From contig JBBSPC010000001.1 in NCBI GenBank assembly GCA_038259125.1, forward strand, positions 25,190 through 89,189: a stretch of DNA of 64,000 nucleotides. Direction: 5' to 3'. Source of the stretch: Chroococcales cyanobacterium (GTDB lineage: Bacteria; Cyanobacteriota; Cyanobacteriia; Cyanobacteriales; Xenococcaceae). Within the stretch, counting starts at the first letter, position 1; every line of letters starts with the position of its first letter. Shown here in pieces: positions 1 to 10,419 of this stretch. The position numbers were made by a program, and so were the translations under genes. Below the pieces are notes generated by a model. It saw nothing but the letters and a program-made list of their open reading frames with translations, ran no database searches and was not told where the DNA came from.

Positions 1-538
1 CAAAAAAAGCAATAAATACCAGTGCTGCGACAAACCTGTTTAATGACATCAAGACAATAGTTTTAGCTGTGTAATTTAAGAGTCCCACAGCCATAAAAGC
101 ATCCCTAGCAATATCATTAAATTTTAAAAAGGTTAGATTAGCTAAAGCCACAAAAAATACCGAATATATTGAAATATTCGGTATAGAAACAAAATTATAA
201 GCTATTAATATTAAAGCTGTAAATATTGAGCTAAAAAAAAGGGTTTTGAGAATTGTAGCTCCAAAATACTCTCTAAATAAACTGCGATCGCGTGCAACAT
301 TTTGGATAAATACTTCTCCACTACCCCAGCCTGCAAAAGGAATAAAAATAGATACTATTGCCACTATGCCTACATATGCCCCGTATTTTTCTGGAGCGAA
401 AGTACGAGCTAAAATAACGAAGTAGAAACCTTGAATAACTAATCTTAAAATAAAAGATTGAAATATTGTCCAAGAATTCTTGAATAGTTTATTTTGTAAT
501 AAATTGCCAAGTATTGAACTAAACTTTTTTTTAGACAT
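1..538 (-). CDS. Polysaccharide flippase (Wzx/MATE-like), N-terminal part; runs off the left edge
   Basis: Not in the ORF track. Translated by hand from ATG at 538: MSKKKFSSILGNLLQNKLFKNSWTIFQSFILRLVIQGFYFVILARTFAPEKYGAYVGIVAIVSIFIPFAGWG. The LAR..P..YG pattern is typical of Wzx N-termini, and the gene directly follows wzy. Confidence 0.8.
   Translation of the reverse strand, partial: MSKKKFSSILGNLLQNKLFKNSWTIFQSFILRLVIQGFYFVILARTFAPEKYGAYVGIVAIVSIFIPFAGWGSGEVFIQNVARDRSLFREYFGATILKTLFFSSIFTALILIAYNFVSIPNISIYSVFFVALANLTFLKFNDIARDAFMAVGLLNYTAKTIVLMSLNRFVAALVFIAFF
284..291. repeat. HIP1 octamer GCGATCGC (example; dispersed throughout the window)
   Basis: Examples at 284, 20615, 37455 and 37536, with many others; a cyanobacterial genome signature. 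Confidence 0.95.
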
Positions 539-541
539 AGA

Positions 542-1789
542 TTAACTAGGAAATGACACAACTGTAGGCGTTGTTTTTTGAGTCTTTACTTTCATTGAAT
601 AAAGTGAAGCTAAGGTAATGATCCAGATATTGCCCTCGGTAAAAAAAGAAACTTCTGTACAATTTGAAAACACATCGTACATTAAAAATAAAAATATCCA
701 GAGCATCTTCAAATCTTTAGAGGCTAAATATCCATATAAAGATCTAAATAAGCAATTAGCATATCCTAGTAAAAATACAACCAAGCCAATAAGTCCTAAA
801 TTGAGCCAAAGTTGTATATAGCCATTGTGAGAGTGGACAGGGGACCAATCATGTATTTGCCATAGTAAATAAGCTGTTCTACTTTCTCCAGAAAAAAAGC
901 TCCCATAACCATAGCCTAGAAATGGCTTTTGTTGTATAAACTGCCATAAAGTATGCCACAAAGGAGTCCTACCAGATAAAGTTATGTCTTTACCATTAAC
1001 GCTTAAAAATGTATTGAAGTTAATTAAAAGCAAAAACAAGATTAAAGAGGTAAAAATTAGAAATAGTAATATTAAAAACACGCTTTTTTTGGACTGCAAT
1101 GATAATCTTTTTAATCCTTGAGCAGTCACAAAAATAAATAAAACGCTCATCAAAGAAGTTGCAGATTCCGCAAAATAAATTAAAACCACTGATAAAAAAC
1201 AGCAAATTTGGAAAAACAGCCGTTTTTCTTTATGTAAAAGTGACAAAAAATAAAAGCTAATAAAACTGGCAAACATACTTTCTCCCAAGCCATTTTTGTG
1301 AGGAAAAATACCCTTCCAGGCACCAACAATAGCATCGGTATTCATGATTCCGTATTGTGGCAGAGCCAAAGCCAATAAGAAGCTAAAAAATATAGAAATA
1401 CCAAAAGTCCAGCCATATATTCTTAGCTGTTGCTTAAAGTCGTAGCTAGAACCTAGATATAATGCGAATAAAGTTCCTCCAATCAAAGCTACTACTTTTC
1501 TAAAGGCTATATCAGGAACAGATGACCAGGATATAGAGGCAATCGCCAAACCAAGCAAAAACAATACCCATAAGTGGCTACTTAAAAACATTAAAGATCT
1601 TTGCCAGCGAAAAACCAGTAACAAAATAGTTATCAAGTATATGCCTATAAAAGCAAGGCGGAGTGCTGGGCTATCAATGTCTCCTTTTCCAACCGTTTCT
1701 CCTAAGATAATAGAATAAAACCCATTTGAAAATAGCAGTAATGATATAATGGAAAATACGTTCTCAAAAGGACGAATTGACTTTTTCAT
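542..1789 (-). CDS. O-antigen ligase/polymerase family (Wzy_C) membrane protein
   Basis: Multi-TM protein with WKGIFPHKNGLG, LSGRTPLW..L, PFLGYGYG and HSHNGYIQ motifs; lies in the EPS cluster. Confidence 0.85.
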   Translation of the reverse strand: MKKSIRPFENVFSIISLLLFSNGFYSIILGETVGKGDIDSPALRLAFIGIYLITILLLVFRWQRSLMFLSSHLWVLFLLGLAIASISWSSVPDIAFRKVVALIGGTLFALYLGSSYDFKQQLRIYGWTFGISIFFSFLLALALPQYGIMNTDAIVGAWKGIFPHKNGLGESMFASFISFYFLSLLHKEKRLFFQICCFLSVVLIYFAESATSLMSVLFIFVTAQGLKRLSLQSKKSVFLILLFLIFTSLILFLLLINFNTFLSVNGKDITLSGRTPLWHTLWQFIQQKPFLGYGYGSFFSGESRTAYLLWQIHDWSPVHSHNGYIQLWLNLGLIGLVVFLLGYANCLFRSLYGYLASKDLKMLWIFLFLMYDVFSNCTEVSFFTEGNIWIITLASLYSMKVKTQKTTPTVVSFPS

Positions 1790-1938
1790 GTTGTCTAATT
1801 GCAGCCAGTTTTTCTAGACAATATAGCCGTATTTTATAATTAAGTTGTTTCTCAATATCAAAACTAGATGAATATTTGCTTCAATAATTATTGCTTAGGC
1901 AAGATTAGCGTTCATTAAATATTATTTGATGAGCATAG

Positions 1939-2100
1939 CCCTCTTTTGTCACTTTCCGAGATAGATCTTTACAGTGAGGGGATTACAGCCATTTTAAAAT
2001 TTTAGTTTTTATTATTATAAAAAAAATAAGCAATTCTTTTCTCTATAAAGGCTCTAGAATTTAGAAATCACAAAAGTTTTCGGAGTCTGACAAAAGAGGG
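1939..2100. mobile_element. MITE-like element, copy 1 (162 bp)
   Basis: 13-bp perfect TIR CCCTCTTTTGTCA / TGACAAAAGAGGG with imperfect inward extension, flanked by the direct repeat ATAG (1935-1938, 2101-2104). A near-identical copy lies at 51903-52063. Confidence 0.85.
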
Positions 2101-2311
2101 ATAGTCTAACTATTTATACTCACCCATCAAACATTCAATTTTAGTTAATGTCAAATGATGCGTTGTTAGGCATTTAATTAACCTGTCTGGCTTGAACAGA
2201 GGAAGCAGAGAGAGAAAAGGTTAATGTTTAACAAGTAGATATGTAGTTTAAATGGACATTCGCATATCATAAACAATTGACAATTTAAATAGCAATTACG
2301 CCATAAGCAGC

Positions 2312-4501
2312 TTACCTATCACCTTTTTCTGCATAGTAATAGCTATTGTAATAATAAGGTTCTCTGCTCATATCCGCTCCATTAACAACTACACCTAATA
2401 CTTTTTGTCCAGTACTATCTAAAGTTTTCTTTGCTGCACTAGCACTGCCATAGTCAGCAACTCCAGGTCTGACAACGAACAAAAAGCCATCTATCAGCTT
2501 GCCAATAATTTTTGTGTCTGCAATACCATTAATAGGAGGTGTATCAAAGATAATCTGATCGTAATGATTGGATACACTATCGATAAATTCTCTCATTGAT
2601 AAAGAATCCAAAAGAGCGATCGGATTATTTGGTATTGATCCCGCAGTCAAAACATCTAAGTTAGGCATAGTATTTTGTATTGCATCTTCCCATTGAACCT
2701 CACGCCTAAGAACGTCGATTAGACCTACTTGATTAGAAATTTCCCAAATATGATGTTGGGTTGGGCGACGCATATCTGCATCTACCAGTAAAATTTTTTG
2801 ACCACACTCAGAGCGTGCTACTGCCAGATTAGCTGAGACAGAAGATTTTCCTTCTTGAGGGACTGAACTAGTTATGGCAATAACTTTTTTCCTAGCATCA
2901 GCATCTAAAAGCTGGAGATTGACCTGTATATTTTGATACGCTTCTTTCAAAGGCATCATCGATATTTCGCTGGCTAACTTTTGCTTTTGTGGAAGATTCA
3001 AGCTTGCTGGTGTGCCACTTCCTGGAAGTTGCGGTTGCCGATTATTACCCCCAAGTAAATCTATGTTAGGGACTATGCCATGCAAAGGATAGGCAAACAT
3101 ATTCTCAACTTCTTGAGTATTCTTAATCGTGTTGTCTTTGAGATCTAAAAGAAAAGCCAGCGCCATCCCAAATAACACGCCCATCATAGCTCCTGCTGCA
3201 ACAATTATTTTGCCACTTGGATTTACCGGGTCTTCTAAGATGGCTGCATCAGCAACTACCCGCACTTTATCAATATTGCTGGGAATCACATCTAACTCTT
3301 TTGATTTACTCAAAAGATTTTCATATGCAGATTGAGCAGCCGTTACTTTTCGCTGTAGCTGCCTTTGTTGTTCTTGTAACTGAGGAAAGTTGTTTGATCG
3401 CTGTTGGTATGCCGTGTAGGTATTTTGTAAAGATGCTAGCCTTTGATCTAATCCTTCTTTTTGCAGTCCTAATTCGGCATAATTAGCTAACTGAGCCTGC
3501 TTCAATTCTCCTAAACTTAAAATATTGACACTACTGGCTAAGCTTTGCTGAAATCCTAACGTACTAGCAACTTGCTGTTCTAGCAGAGCAGTTAGATCTG
3601 CCTGTTCCTCTTTTAAACTAATAATCTGCGGAGAGCTATCAGATAAAACGTTACCCTTCTGGGCTAAAGCCAACTTGACTTTCTGTAGCTGTTCTAAAGT
3701 GCTTTGTACTCCTACAGATTGACTCAGCGAACTAACCGCAGAAGCTTCTTGCCAAGTCATACCTAATTGGCTTTTTAATCTGTTGTACCGGGCATCAACA
3801 TCTTTTAACTGTGCTTTTACCTGATCGATTTCATTTTCAACTGCCGATATAGAACCGATTGTAGCAGTTGTTTCCTCGTTTAAATTGGCAGTACGATTAC
3901 GGTTTTGAAACAGACGTAAATTTTCTTCTGCTTCTCTTACGCTCTTTTCGGCTTCAGGCAATTCTTTCTTGACAAAATCTTGGGCGCGCACATTTCCACT
4001 ACGGGTAAACGAAGCATAGTCTTCTGAATAAAGCTCTACGGCTCTATTAACGACGGCAACAGCTATATCTGGATCTGGATCATCATATTTAACCTGTAGT
4101 ATATCAGTGCCTAAAACTGGTTCTACCTTAAGAGAGCTTTTTACGTTCTTGTAAGTTAGAGGTTTGCCACTATCACTTTTTAGATCCAGTTCTTTAATTA
4201 ATTGTTCAATAACTGGTCGAGATTGAAAAATTTTAGCTTCTGTTTCTAGAGGATCTTTATCTTGGGTCAATCCTTTAAGACCGTCTGGATCTCCATTAGT
4301 GTTAAGAATAGCAGAGGTGCGATCGGGTCTAATTTGTAGTTGAGCTTCAGCTTCATAGACTTTTTCAGAAGCCAAAGCAGCAGCTACAGATAGTGCCACA
4401 ATTCCGGCAAAGGTCGCTGTTGCAGGTATCCAACGCCGTTTCAATACCTGCCAATACTTATTAAAGTCTATATACTCTTCTAAATGTAAGTTAGAATCCA
4501 T
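2312..4501 (-). CDS. wzc: Polysaccharide co-polymerase/tyrosine autokinase (Wzc/GumC family)
   Basis: Two TM helices flank a coiled-coil periplasmic region. Walker A SSVPQEGKS, LLVDADMRRP, IIFDTPP and the C-terminal Tyr cluster PYYYNSYYY are present. Confidence 0.92.
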   Translation of the reverse strand: MDSNLHLEEYIDFNKYWQVLKRRWIPATATFAGIVALSVAAALASEKVYEAEAQLQIRPDRTSAILNTNGDPDGLKGLTQDKDPLETEAKIFQSRPVIEQLIKELDLKSDSGKPLTYKNVKSSLKVEPVLGTDILQVKYDDPDPDIAVAVVNRAVELYSEDYASFTRSGNVRAQDFVKKELPEAEKSVREAEENLRLFQNRNRTANLNEETTATIGSISAVENEIDQVKAQLKDVDARYNRLKSQLGMTWQEASAVSSLSQSVGVQSTLEQLQKVKLALAQKGNVLSDSSPQIISLKEEQADLTALLEQQVASTLGFQQSLASSVNILSLGELKQAQLANYAELGLQKEGLDQRLASLQNTYTAYQQRSNNFPQLQEQQRQLQRKVTAAQSAYENLLSKSKELDVIPSNIDKVRVVADAAILEDPVNPSGKIIVAAGAMMGVLFGMALAFLLDLKDNTIKNTQEVENMFAYPLHGIVPNIDLLGGNNRQPQLPGSGTPASLNLPQKQKLASEISMMPLKEAYQNIQVNLQLLDADARKKVIAITSSVPQEGKSSVSANLAVARSECGQKILLVDADMRRPTQHHIWEISNQVGLIDVLRREVQWEDAIQNTMPNLDVLTAGSIPNNPIALLDSLSMREFIDSVSNHYDQIIFDTPPINGIADTKIIGKLIDGFLFVVRPGVADYGSASAAKKTLDSTGQKVLGVVVNGADMSREPYYYNSYYYAEKGDR

Positions 4502-4557
4502 AAATTTTAATTAATGAACTTACTATATTAATAATAATTTTGTTTATTTTGAGCTTA

Positions 4558-4592
4558 GGGCGTGTCATCATTTGGGGGAAAGATGACACCCC
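4558..4592. mobile_element. 35-bp TIR micro-element with TTA direct repeat
   Basis: TTA|GGGCGTGTCATC-ATTTGGGGGAAA-GATGACACCCC|TTA. The right arm lacks one G versus a perfect inverted repeat. The right TTA is the stop codon of the sugar transferase. Confidence 0.55.
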
Positions 4593-6074
4593 TTAGTACG
4601 CGCCTTTGGCACGGAAAACTACTCTTACTGTTTGCAAAATAATTTTGAAATCTAATGCCAAAGACCAATTCTCAATATATTCAAAATCTAAATTGAATAC
4701 CCCTTCTGAGCCAGTATCTGAGCGTCCGCTAACTTGCCATAGTCCAGTAATGCCTGGCAAAACTTCTTGGCGAAAAAAGTGATTTTGAGTAAACTTAGCA
4801 ACGTCTCTTACAGGTAAAGGTCGAGGTCCTACTAAGCTCATTTCCCCCCTTAAAATGTTAAACAGCTGAGGTAGCTCGTCTAGGCTGAACCGACGTAGAT
4901 ATTTCCCAACTCTAGTAATGCGAGGATCTTCTTTTATTTTAAATAAAATTCCACCCTTGATTTCATTTTGAGCTTCCAGCTGATGCTGCAACTGGCTTGC
5001 ATTGTCAACCATGGTGCGGAACTTCCAGATTTTAAAATGGTTGCCTTTTAAGCCAACTCGCGTTTGCTGATAGAGAATTGACCCTGGAGAATCAAGCTTA
5101 ATTAAAGCTGCAATTATCAGCATCGGTAGACCAATAATCATTAACAAAATCAGTGAAACTACTACGTCAAAAATGCGTTTGCTAAAAAAATCAATGCCGA
5201 CAATTGCTGAATGAGCAAATCTAATTGTGGGAACTCCCAAAATATTGTCGATTTCTGCTTGTCTTGCTGGTAATTTAATATTAATTGGTAAAATTCGCCA
5301 ATTGACACCAACAGTTCTAAGCTTCCAGTACAAGCTAGTTGCACTGGCGATCGTTTCCCATGAACAGATAAAAACTTCGTCAAGTTCTTTATAATCTACT
5401 TGATCTAAAGCTAAGTATAACGATTCATCATTATCAAAATCTGATAAGTCTAATTGTCCTGCAATTAAATAAACTTCACTGGTTTCTAGTAAATGCTTAG
5501 ATTTTTCCAACTCCTCAGAATTGCCAATCAACAATATTTTCTGCCGTAAAGGATAATGTTTCTGGCGTACATATGCCCAAACCCAGTTTAGGCTCATGCG
5601 TTGAACAACAATTAGTAATGTGGTTACCATCGCCGCCACCAATAATTGATAAAAGTAACTGGTGGTATAAAATCTGACAATAATCGGCACTATAGATAAA
5701 TGAGCCAAAAAAACTGCCTTAATTGAATTAAAAATATTCCTGCTTTTGTCCCCCTTACGGTATAAATTAAAGGCATAAAACAGACAGAGCATAAATACTA
5801 ATACAGTTAGAAACAAGCTATACTTCTCAGTATTTTGCCAGACTGTAATCAAACTAAATTGATGCCAGCTATGACTCAAAGAAATAGACCAGCCTAGGCA
5901 GAGTGCTAAACTATCCAGCACAAGCAAAACAATTATTTTGAATCTATAGGAAAACTCTTTCTCGGCTAATTTTAAATATCCTGGAGATCTAAGATCTTTA
6001 CCCTTAGCTATCTCATTATTTAAATAATTTTTACCCACTCCATAGTCTGGAGTACTGGAAAACTTGTCTAGCAT
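4593..6074 (-). CDS. Priming polyprenyl glycosylphosphotransferase (WcaJ/WbaP-like sugar transferase)
   Basis: N-terminal TMs, then a Bac_transf domain: KRIFD, IWKFRTM, DPRITRVG, SLDELPQL, MSLVGPRP, PGITGLWQVSGRS. Confidence 0.92.
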   Translation of the reverse strand: MLDKFSSTPDYGVGKNYLNNEIAKGKDLRSPGYLKLAEKEFSYRFKIIVLLVLDSLALCLGWSISLSHSWHQFSLITVWQNTEKYSLFLTVLVFMLCLFYAFNLYRKGDKSRNIFNSIKAVFLAHLSIVPIIVRFYTTSYFYQLLVAAMVTTLLIVVQRMSLNWVWAYVRQKHYPLRQKILLIGNSEELEKSKHLLETSEVYLIAGQLDLSDFDNDESLYLALDQVDYKELDEVFICSWETIASATSLYWKLRTVGVNWRILPINIKLPARQAEIDNILGVPTIRFAHSAIVGIDFFSKRIFDVVVSLILLMIIGLPMLIIAALIKLDSPGSILYQQTRVGLKGNHFKIWKFRTMVDNASQLQHQLEAQNEIKGGILFKIKEDPRITRVGKYLRRFSLDELPQLFNILRGEMSLVGPRPLPVRDVAKFTQNHFFRQEVLPGITGLWQVSGRSDTGSEGVFNLDFEYIENWSLALDFKIILQTVRVVFRAKGAY

Positions 6075-6436
6075 AACGTTGGTAATTGGTTTAGTTTAAA
6101 GTTCTAAATCAAATCGCTTAAATATCAGGAAGTAGTCTTGCTAACTACTTAATGTAACTAGTCATAAAACTAAATGCTCCAACTAACACCAATTTGACAG
6201 CATCCCGATCAAAGGATAATTGAGCTTCAAAAAACACTAATTAAGTATTTGCATAAATAATAACTAAAATAATAACTAAGAGTTTCCATTTACGGAAAAA
6301 TACGTAAGTTATTAATAATGTATAACCCAAGCTTTGTAACGCTGTCAATGGCTTTACGCAAAACTATCTCTTGCTTTACTTAAACTTTACTAGGCATGAA
6401 GACAATAGTAGAAAACCCTTAATAAAAAATGCGTAA

Positions 6437-8905
6437 TTAAAAAATATCTTTTCGTCGCTGTATTATCAAAGCCATAGTTGTATAAATTAGAGTATGAGCA
6501 ATCAAAATTGCCCAATTCAAACCTAGATTTTCCCATGTAGCATTGTATACAGGAGTGGATTTAAATATTTCATCCAGCATTTGGGGACTCAAAGTTGAGT
6601 TGGGTTTTGGTGCCATAGCGTTAACATCTGCTAACGAACCATATGCTCCAATTGACCAGCGACTAAGCATTAACCAAGAGAGTTTGCTAGACCAGCCTTC
6701 TAAAGTAAATAAAACTCCAGAAAAAATAATTTGCGGGATCATTATTAAAGGTAAAATACCATTACCTTCATTTTCAGTTTTAACCAATCCAGAAAGCATT
6801 AAACTAAGACCAGTACTAGCTAGTAAAGTCAAAAAAGTAGTGATGGCAAAACCGACTGACCACGAGATTAAATTAGATTGAGGAGCTTCAAAAATCAGTA
6901 AGACTACAGCAGTAATTAAAATAGTTTGAGCGATCGCCAGACCACCGCGAATAAAAAGTTTTGAAGTAACATAAGGCAATAAGCCAAGATTAAGTAGCCG
7001 CTCACGAAAATATATTGCCCTTTCCTTGACTATTTCGCGAATCGAGTTGGATAATCCAATCCAAATAGCCACACAGCTAAAGATAAACAGCAATCGTAGC
7101 GCTAGAGAGGCTTGAGTGACGCTTGGGGTATCGACAATCCTTAACGGCTGTTCATTACGTAACGGTAAGCCAGTTAAGGCGATAGTAACTGGCCCAGCTA
7201 ATAAGGTCAGCACTAAGCTAGTGGTATCTCTGCTGACTAACTTCCAGTAGCGCTGACAGAGTAGAGATAGTTGAGCTAAAGCTGAAACATTTGTTTTTGA
7301 GGCATTTGATTTGGCTAACCGCTGATTTTCTTTGCCTGGAGAAAGAGAATTTTGAATATAGGTCTTATATTCTGGAGAATTAATATATTTTTCTGACCAA
7401 TACTTAACTCTTTCAGCGATCGCTGCTTTATTTTTACCCTTATTAAGTTCGATATAAATATCGGCAAAGTCGTCAAATTTCTCATCTGCAAAATTACCTG
7501 AATGCTGTTGAAAAAAGCTGAGTGCTGATTTCGGAGGACCATAGTAACAAAGACTACCTCCTAAGCCCATAAAGGCAATGCGATCGCAAATATCAATATT
7601 ATCTGTAGCATGAGTAACCAAGGCAATAGTCCTGCCACAGTCTGCCTGTTCTCTAAGCAAGATCATCATTTCTTTGCCTAAACCAGGATCTAATCCTGAA
7701 GTAGGTTCATCTAAGAAAAACAGCTTGGGATCGGCTAATAGCTCAACTCCAATACTTACCCGTTTACGTTGACCGCCACTAAGCCTAGAAACAAAAGTAT
7801 TACGGACATGAGAAAGTTTGATCTGTTCTAAGGTGTTGCCAATTACCGTCTTAACATCTGTATCGGGGGGAAGGCGTAACTGACAAGCACTACTTAACAC
7901 TTCTTCAACCGTCAGGTCGCGATGGATAATGTCATCTTGGGGAACATAACCCACCTGAGAGCGATAAACTGCCCAGTTCTGGCGGAGATTATCACCATTA
8001 AGATAGACGCTACCAGAAGAGATAGGAGCAATACCTAATAGAGCTTTCATCAAAGTGGATTTACCTGCACCACTGCCACCGACAAAAGCCACTAGCTGCC
8101 CTGGTTCAAGCACCAGATCGACATTATTGAGAATCGTAAAAGTTTCGCCTTTTTTGTCTTTGACTCTAAAAATTAACTCGTGAGCATCTAAGCGAATTTG
8201 ATTATTAGCGTTGGTTAACTCTAAAGCCTCTCCCGTAAAAAGTAAAACATAGGGACCAATTTGTACCGCATCTCCTTTGTTGAGTAAGGATGGCTTTTTC
8301 AGGCGATTACCGTTGACAAAAGTACCATTGCTGCTATGGTCTTGCAAAAGATAGTTTCCTTTGCCATCGTGGTTAATAGTGGCGTGAAGACGAGATACCG
8401 TTGGCGCATCTAACTCCATGACAGAAGTGCTATTAGGGTTTGGCGATCGCCCTAATTCTACAGGCCAATTCTGCAATCCTTTAAGATTTAAGCGTTGTAT
8501 CCTAGGCATAGTCATTTGACCACGCTTCGGATTATAGTAAGTCAAAATTATTTGCTGACGAGGATCTTGACCAATCTGTAATTGCTCACCGTTTTTGAGA
8601 ATATGCCCTTCGGTCAGATTTATCCGTAACTGATTGAGAAAAATACCATTACCGCTAGGTTTTTGACTGTGGCGATCGCCATCATAGATCCGAAAATTAT
8701 TACCTTCTTGGGCAATAATGGCTTGCCTACGAGAAACAACTTTCCATTCTCTAGGAACTTGCATATTTGCCCATTCAGGATCTCGTCCCAGGTAGTTGAT
8801 GTCTTGGGTCAGATTAAGAATCTTTTTTTGCCCCTGATTGTTTAACTCAATATACGGTCTGCCGACAGTTGCCAGAACTGTTTCCTTGGTGTAATTGCCA
8901 CTCAT
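6437..8905 (-). CDS. FHA-FHA-ABC ATPase-ABC2 membrane fused exporter
   Basis: Two FHA motifs (LGRDP..VSRRQA..SGNG; LGRSP..VSRLHA..SSNGT), Walker A GGSGAGKST, signature LSGGQ, Walker B LFFLDE, and C-terminal TM helices. Confidence 0.9.
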   Translation of the reverse strand: MSGNYTKETVLATVGRPYIELNNQGQKKILNLTQDINYLGRDPEWANMQVPREWKVVSRRQAIIAQEGNNFRIYDGDRHSQKPSGNGIFLNQLRINLTEGHILKNGEQLQIGQDPRQQIILTYYNPKRGQMTMPRIQRLNLKGLQNWPVELGRSPNPNSTSVMELDAPTVSRLHATINHDGKGNYLLQDHSSNGTFVNGNRLKKPSLLNKGDAVQIGPYVLLFTGEALELTNANNQIRLDAHELIFRVKDKKGETFTILNNVDLVLEPGQLVAFVGGSGAGKSTLMKALLGIAPISSGSVYLNGDNLRQNWAVYRSQVGYVPQDDIIHRDLTVEEVLSSACQLRLPPDTDVKTVIGNTLEQIKLSHVRNTFVSRLSGGQRKRVSIGVELLADPKLFFLDEPTSGLDPGLGKEMMILLREQADCGRTIALVTHATDNIDICDRIAFMGLGGSLCYYGPPKSALSFFQQHSGNFADEKFDDFADIYIELNKGKNKAAIAERVKYWSEKYINSPEYKTYIQNSLSPGKENQRLAKSNASKTNVSALAQLSLLCQRYWKLVSRDTTSLVLTLLAGPVTIALTGLPLRNEQPLRIVDTPSVTQASLALRLLFIFSCVAIWIGLSNSIREIVKERAIYFRERLLNLGLLPYVTSKLFIRGGLAIAQTILITAVVLLIFEAPQSNLISWSVGFAITTFLTLLASTGLSLMLSGLVKTENEGNGILPLIMIPQIIFSGVLFTLEGWSSKLSWLMLSRWSIGAYGSLADVNAMAPKPNSTLSPQMLDEIFKSTPVYNATWENLGLNWAILIAHTLIYTTMALIIQRRKDIF

Positions 8906-9199
8906 CGCCCTGCAAGTAAATTGTTATTTTAAAAGTTAAGTTTAGACAGTAATTTTACAAAACCAATATTTAATATTTAAAGTAAAAATCTTTTTAAGAA
9001 AGCTTAGGCATAGGCTCAATCAGACTATCTTGGGAGCAGCATTATGTAGTATTTTGAGTAAAGAATCAAAAAACATGACTAGCTTTTTTAGATAATGATT
9101 TCAGCCTCAAACTTGCTCAAGAATGCTGGAAGAAAGCCGTAGGAAAGCGTATGGACTATTTCTCAATCAAAACTAGTACATTTATATCTTGGTCGATTA

Positions 9200-10390
9200 A
9201 TGATTCCTCGCCAAAATACAGTCGAAATTTTTTCTACTTTTATCCAATTTGACGGCGATCGCTTTCATGGCTGGGCAACAGATGCTCGTTTACGACGGAG
9301 TATGAGGCAATCCCTAGACAAAATAGCTTCAGAAAGTTCTCATAGTTTTTGGGCGTTGTATTGGCATCAAATATGGCAGAAACAGTCTGAAGGACTAGCT
9401 AGAGATCATTTAGCTGCTTACTTACAAGAAGTCTGTTTCTGGTCAGCGACCAAAACTATAAGTGGTTTTACTAGCAGCCAATATACTATACCAGACTGTT
9501 TTCAAATGGCGATCGCAGGTATTGACAAGGTTCTCAAAGGATTTGACCCAGAACGAGGATTTAAGCTTAAAAGCTATGCCAGCATTACGTTTAGCAATTT
9601 GATTCGCGAGATGCTAAGACAAAAAAAAGAAATTGACATTTGTTCTGACTGGTCGCTGTTACGCAAATTAAGCCAAAAAAGAATGGTCGAAGCTCTAACT
9701 AGTGCGGGACTCGATCCTAAAGTAGTCGAAAGCTACGTCTTAGCTTGGAACTGTCTGAAGATCGTATATGTTCCAGAGCGAGCTAGTTCGACCCGCAAAT
9801 TACCAAAGCCTAAACCTGAAACCTGGAAAGCGATCGCGCTTCTCTACAACCAAGAGCGTCAAAGCCAAGTACAGCAACCTACACAAGCTGCTGCTGCCGA
9901 AAATATAGAAAAATGGATGTTAATCTGCGCCAAAGCCGCTCGTGCTTTTTTGTTTCCTAACGTTACATCTATTAATAAGCCAAAGCCTGGATATGAATCA
10001 GGAGAAATTGTTGATTCTATTGTGGGCGAAGTAGATGACTCGCTTTTGAGCAACATGATTACCAAAGAGGAAATACAGCAGCGAGATCGACAGCAAACAA
10101 ATATCAGTCAGTTTTTGACTGGTGCTGTTGCTCAATTAAAGCCAGAGTCGCAAAAGTTACTAGAGCTTTATTACTCCCAAGGACTCAAACAGGCAGACAT
10201 TGCCCAGGAATTGAAAACTCAACAATACACAATTTCTCGCCAACTATCTCAAGCCAGAAAAGTATTGCTAAAAGCTTTAGCACAATGGACTCAAGAACAA
10301 CTGCATATATCTTTGACATCGGACGTACTCGACAACATAAGCTCATTATTGGAAGAATGGTTAGCTAGTTATTATGGCAGCGACCAATAA
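9200..10390 (+). CDS. Cyanobacterial sigma-70-like protein (regions 2 and 4, long insert)
   Basis: Region-2-like DCFQMAIAGIDKVLKGFDPERGFKLKSYA and region-4 HTH LKPESQKLLELYYSQGLKQADIAQELKTQQYTISRQL. Confidence 0.8.
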   Translation: MIPRQNTVEIFSTFIQFDGDRFHGWATDARLRRSMRQSLDKIASESSHSFWALYWHQIWQKQSEGLARDHLAAYLQEVCFWSATKTISGFTSSQYTIPDCFQMAIAGIDKVLKGFDPERGFKLKSYASITFSNLIREMLRQKKEIDICSDWSLLRKLSQKRMVEALTSAGLDPKVVESYVLAWNCLKIVYVPERASSTRKLPKPKPETWKAIALLYNQERQSQVQQPTQAAAAENIEKWMLICAKAARAFLFPNVTSINKPKPGYESGEIVDSIVGEVDDSLLSNMITKEEIQQRDRQQTNISQFLTGAVAQLKPESQKLLELYYSQGLKQADIAQELKTQQYTISRQLSQARKVLLKALAQWTQEQLHISLTSDVLDNISSLLEEWLASYYGSDQ

Positions 10391-10419
10391 GAAAAAATAT
10401 TTTAAACAGGAGTACGCCG

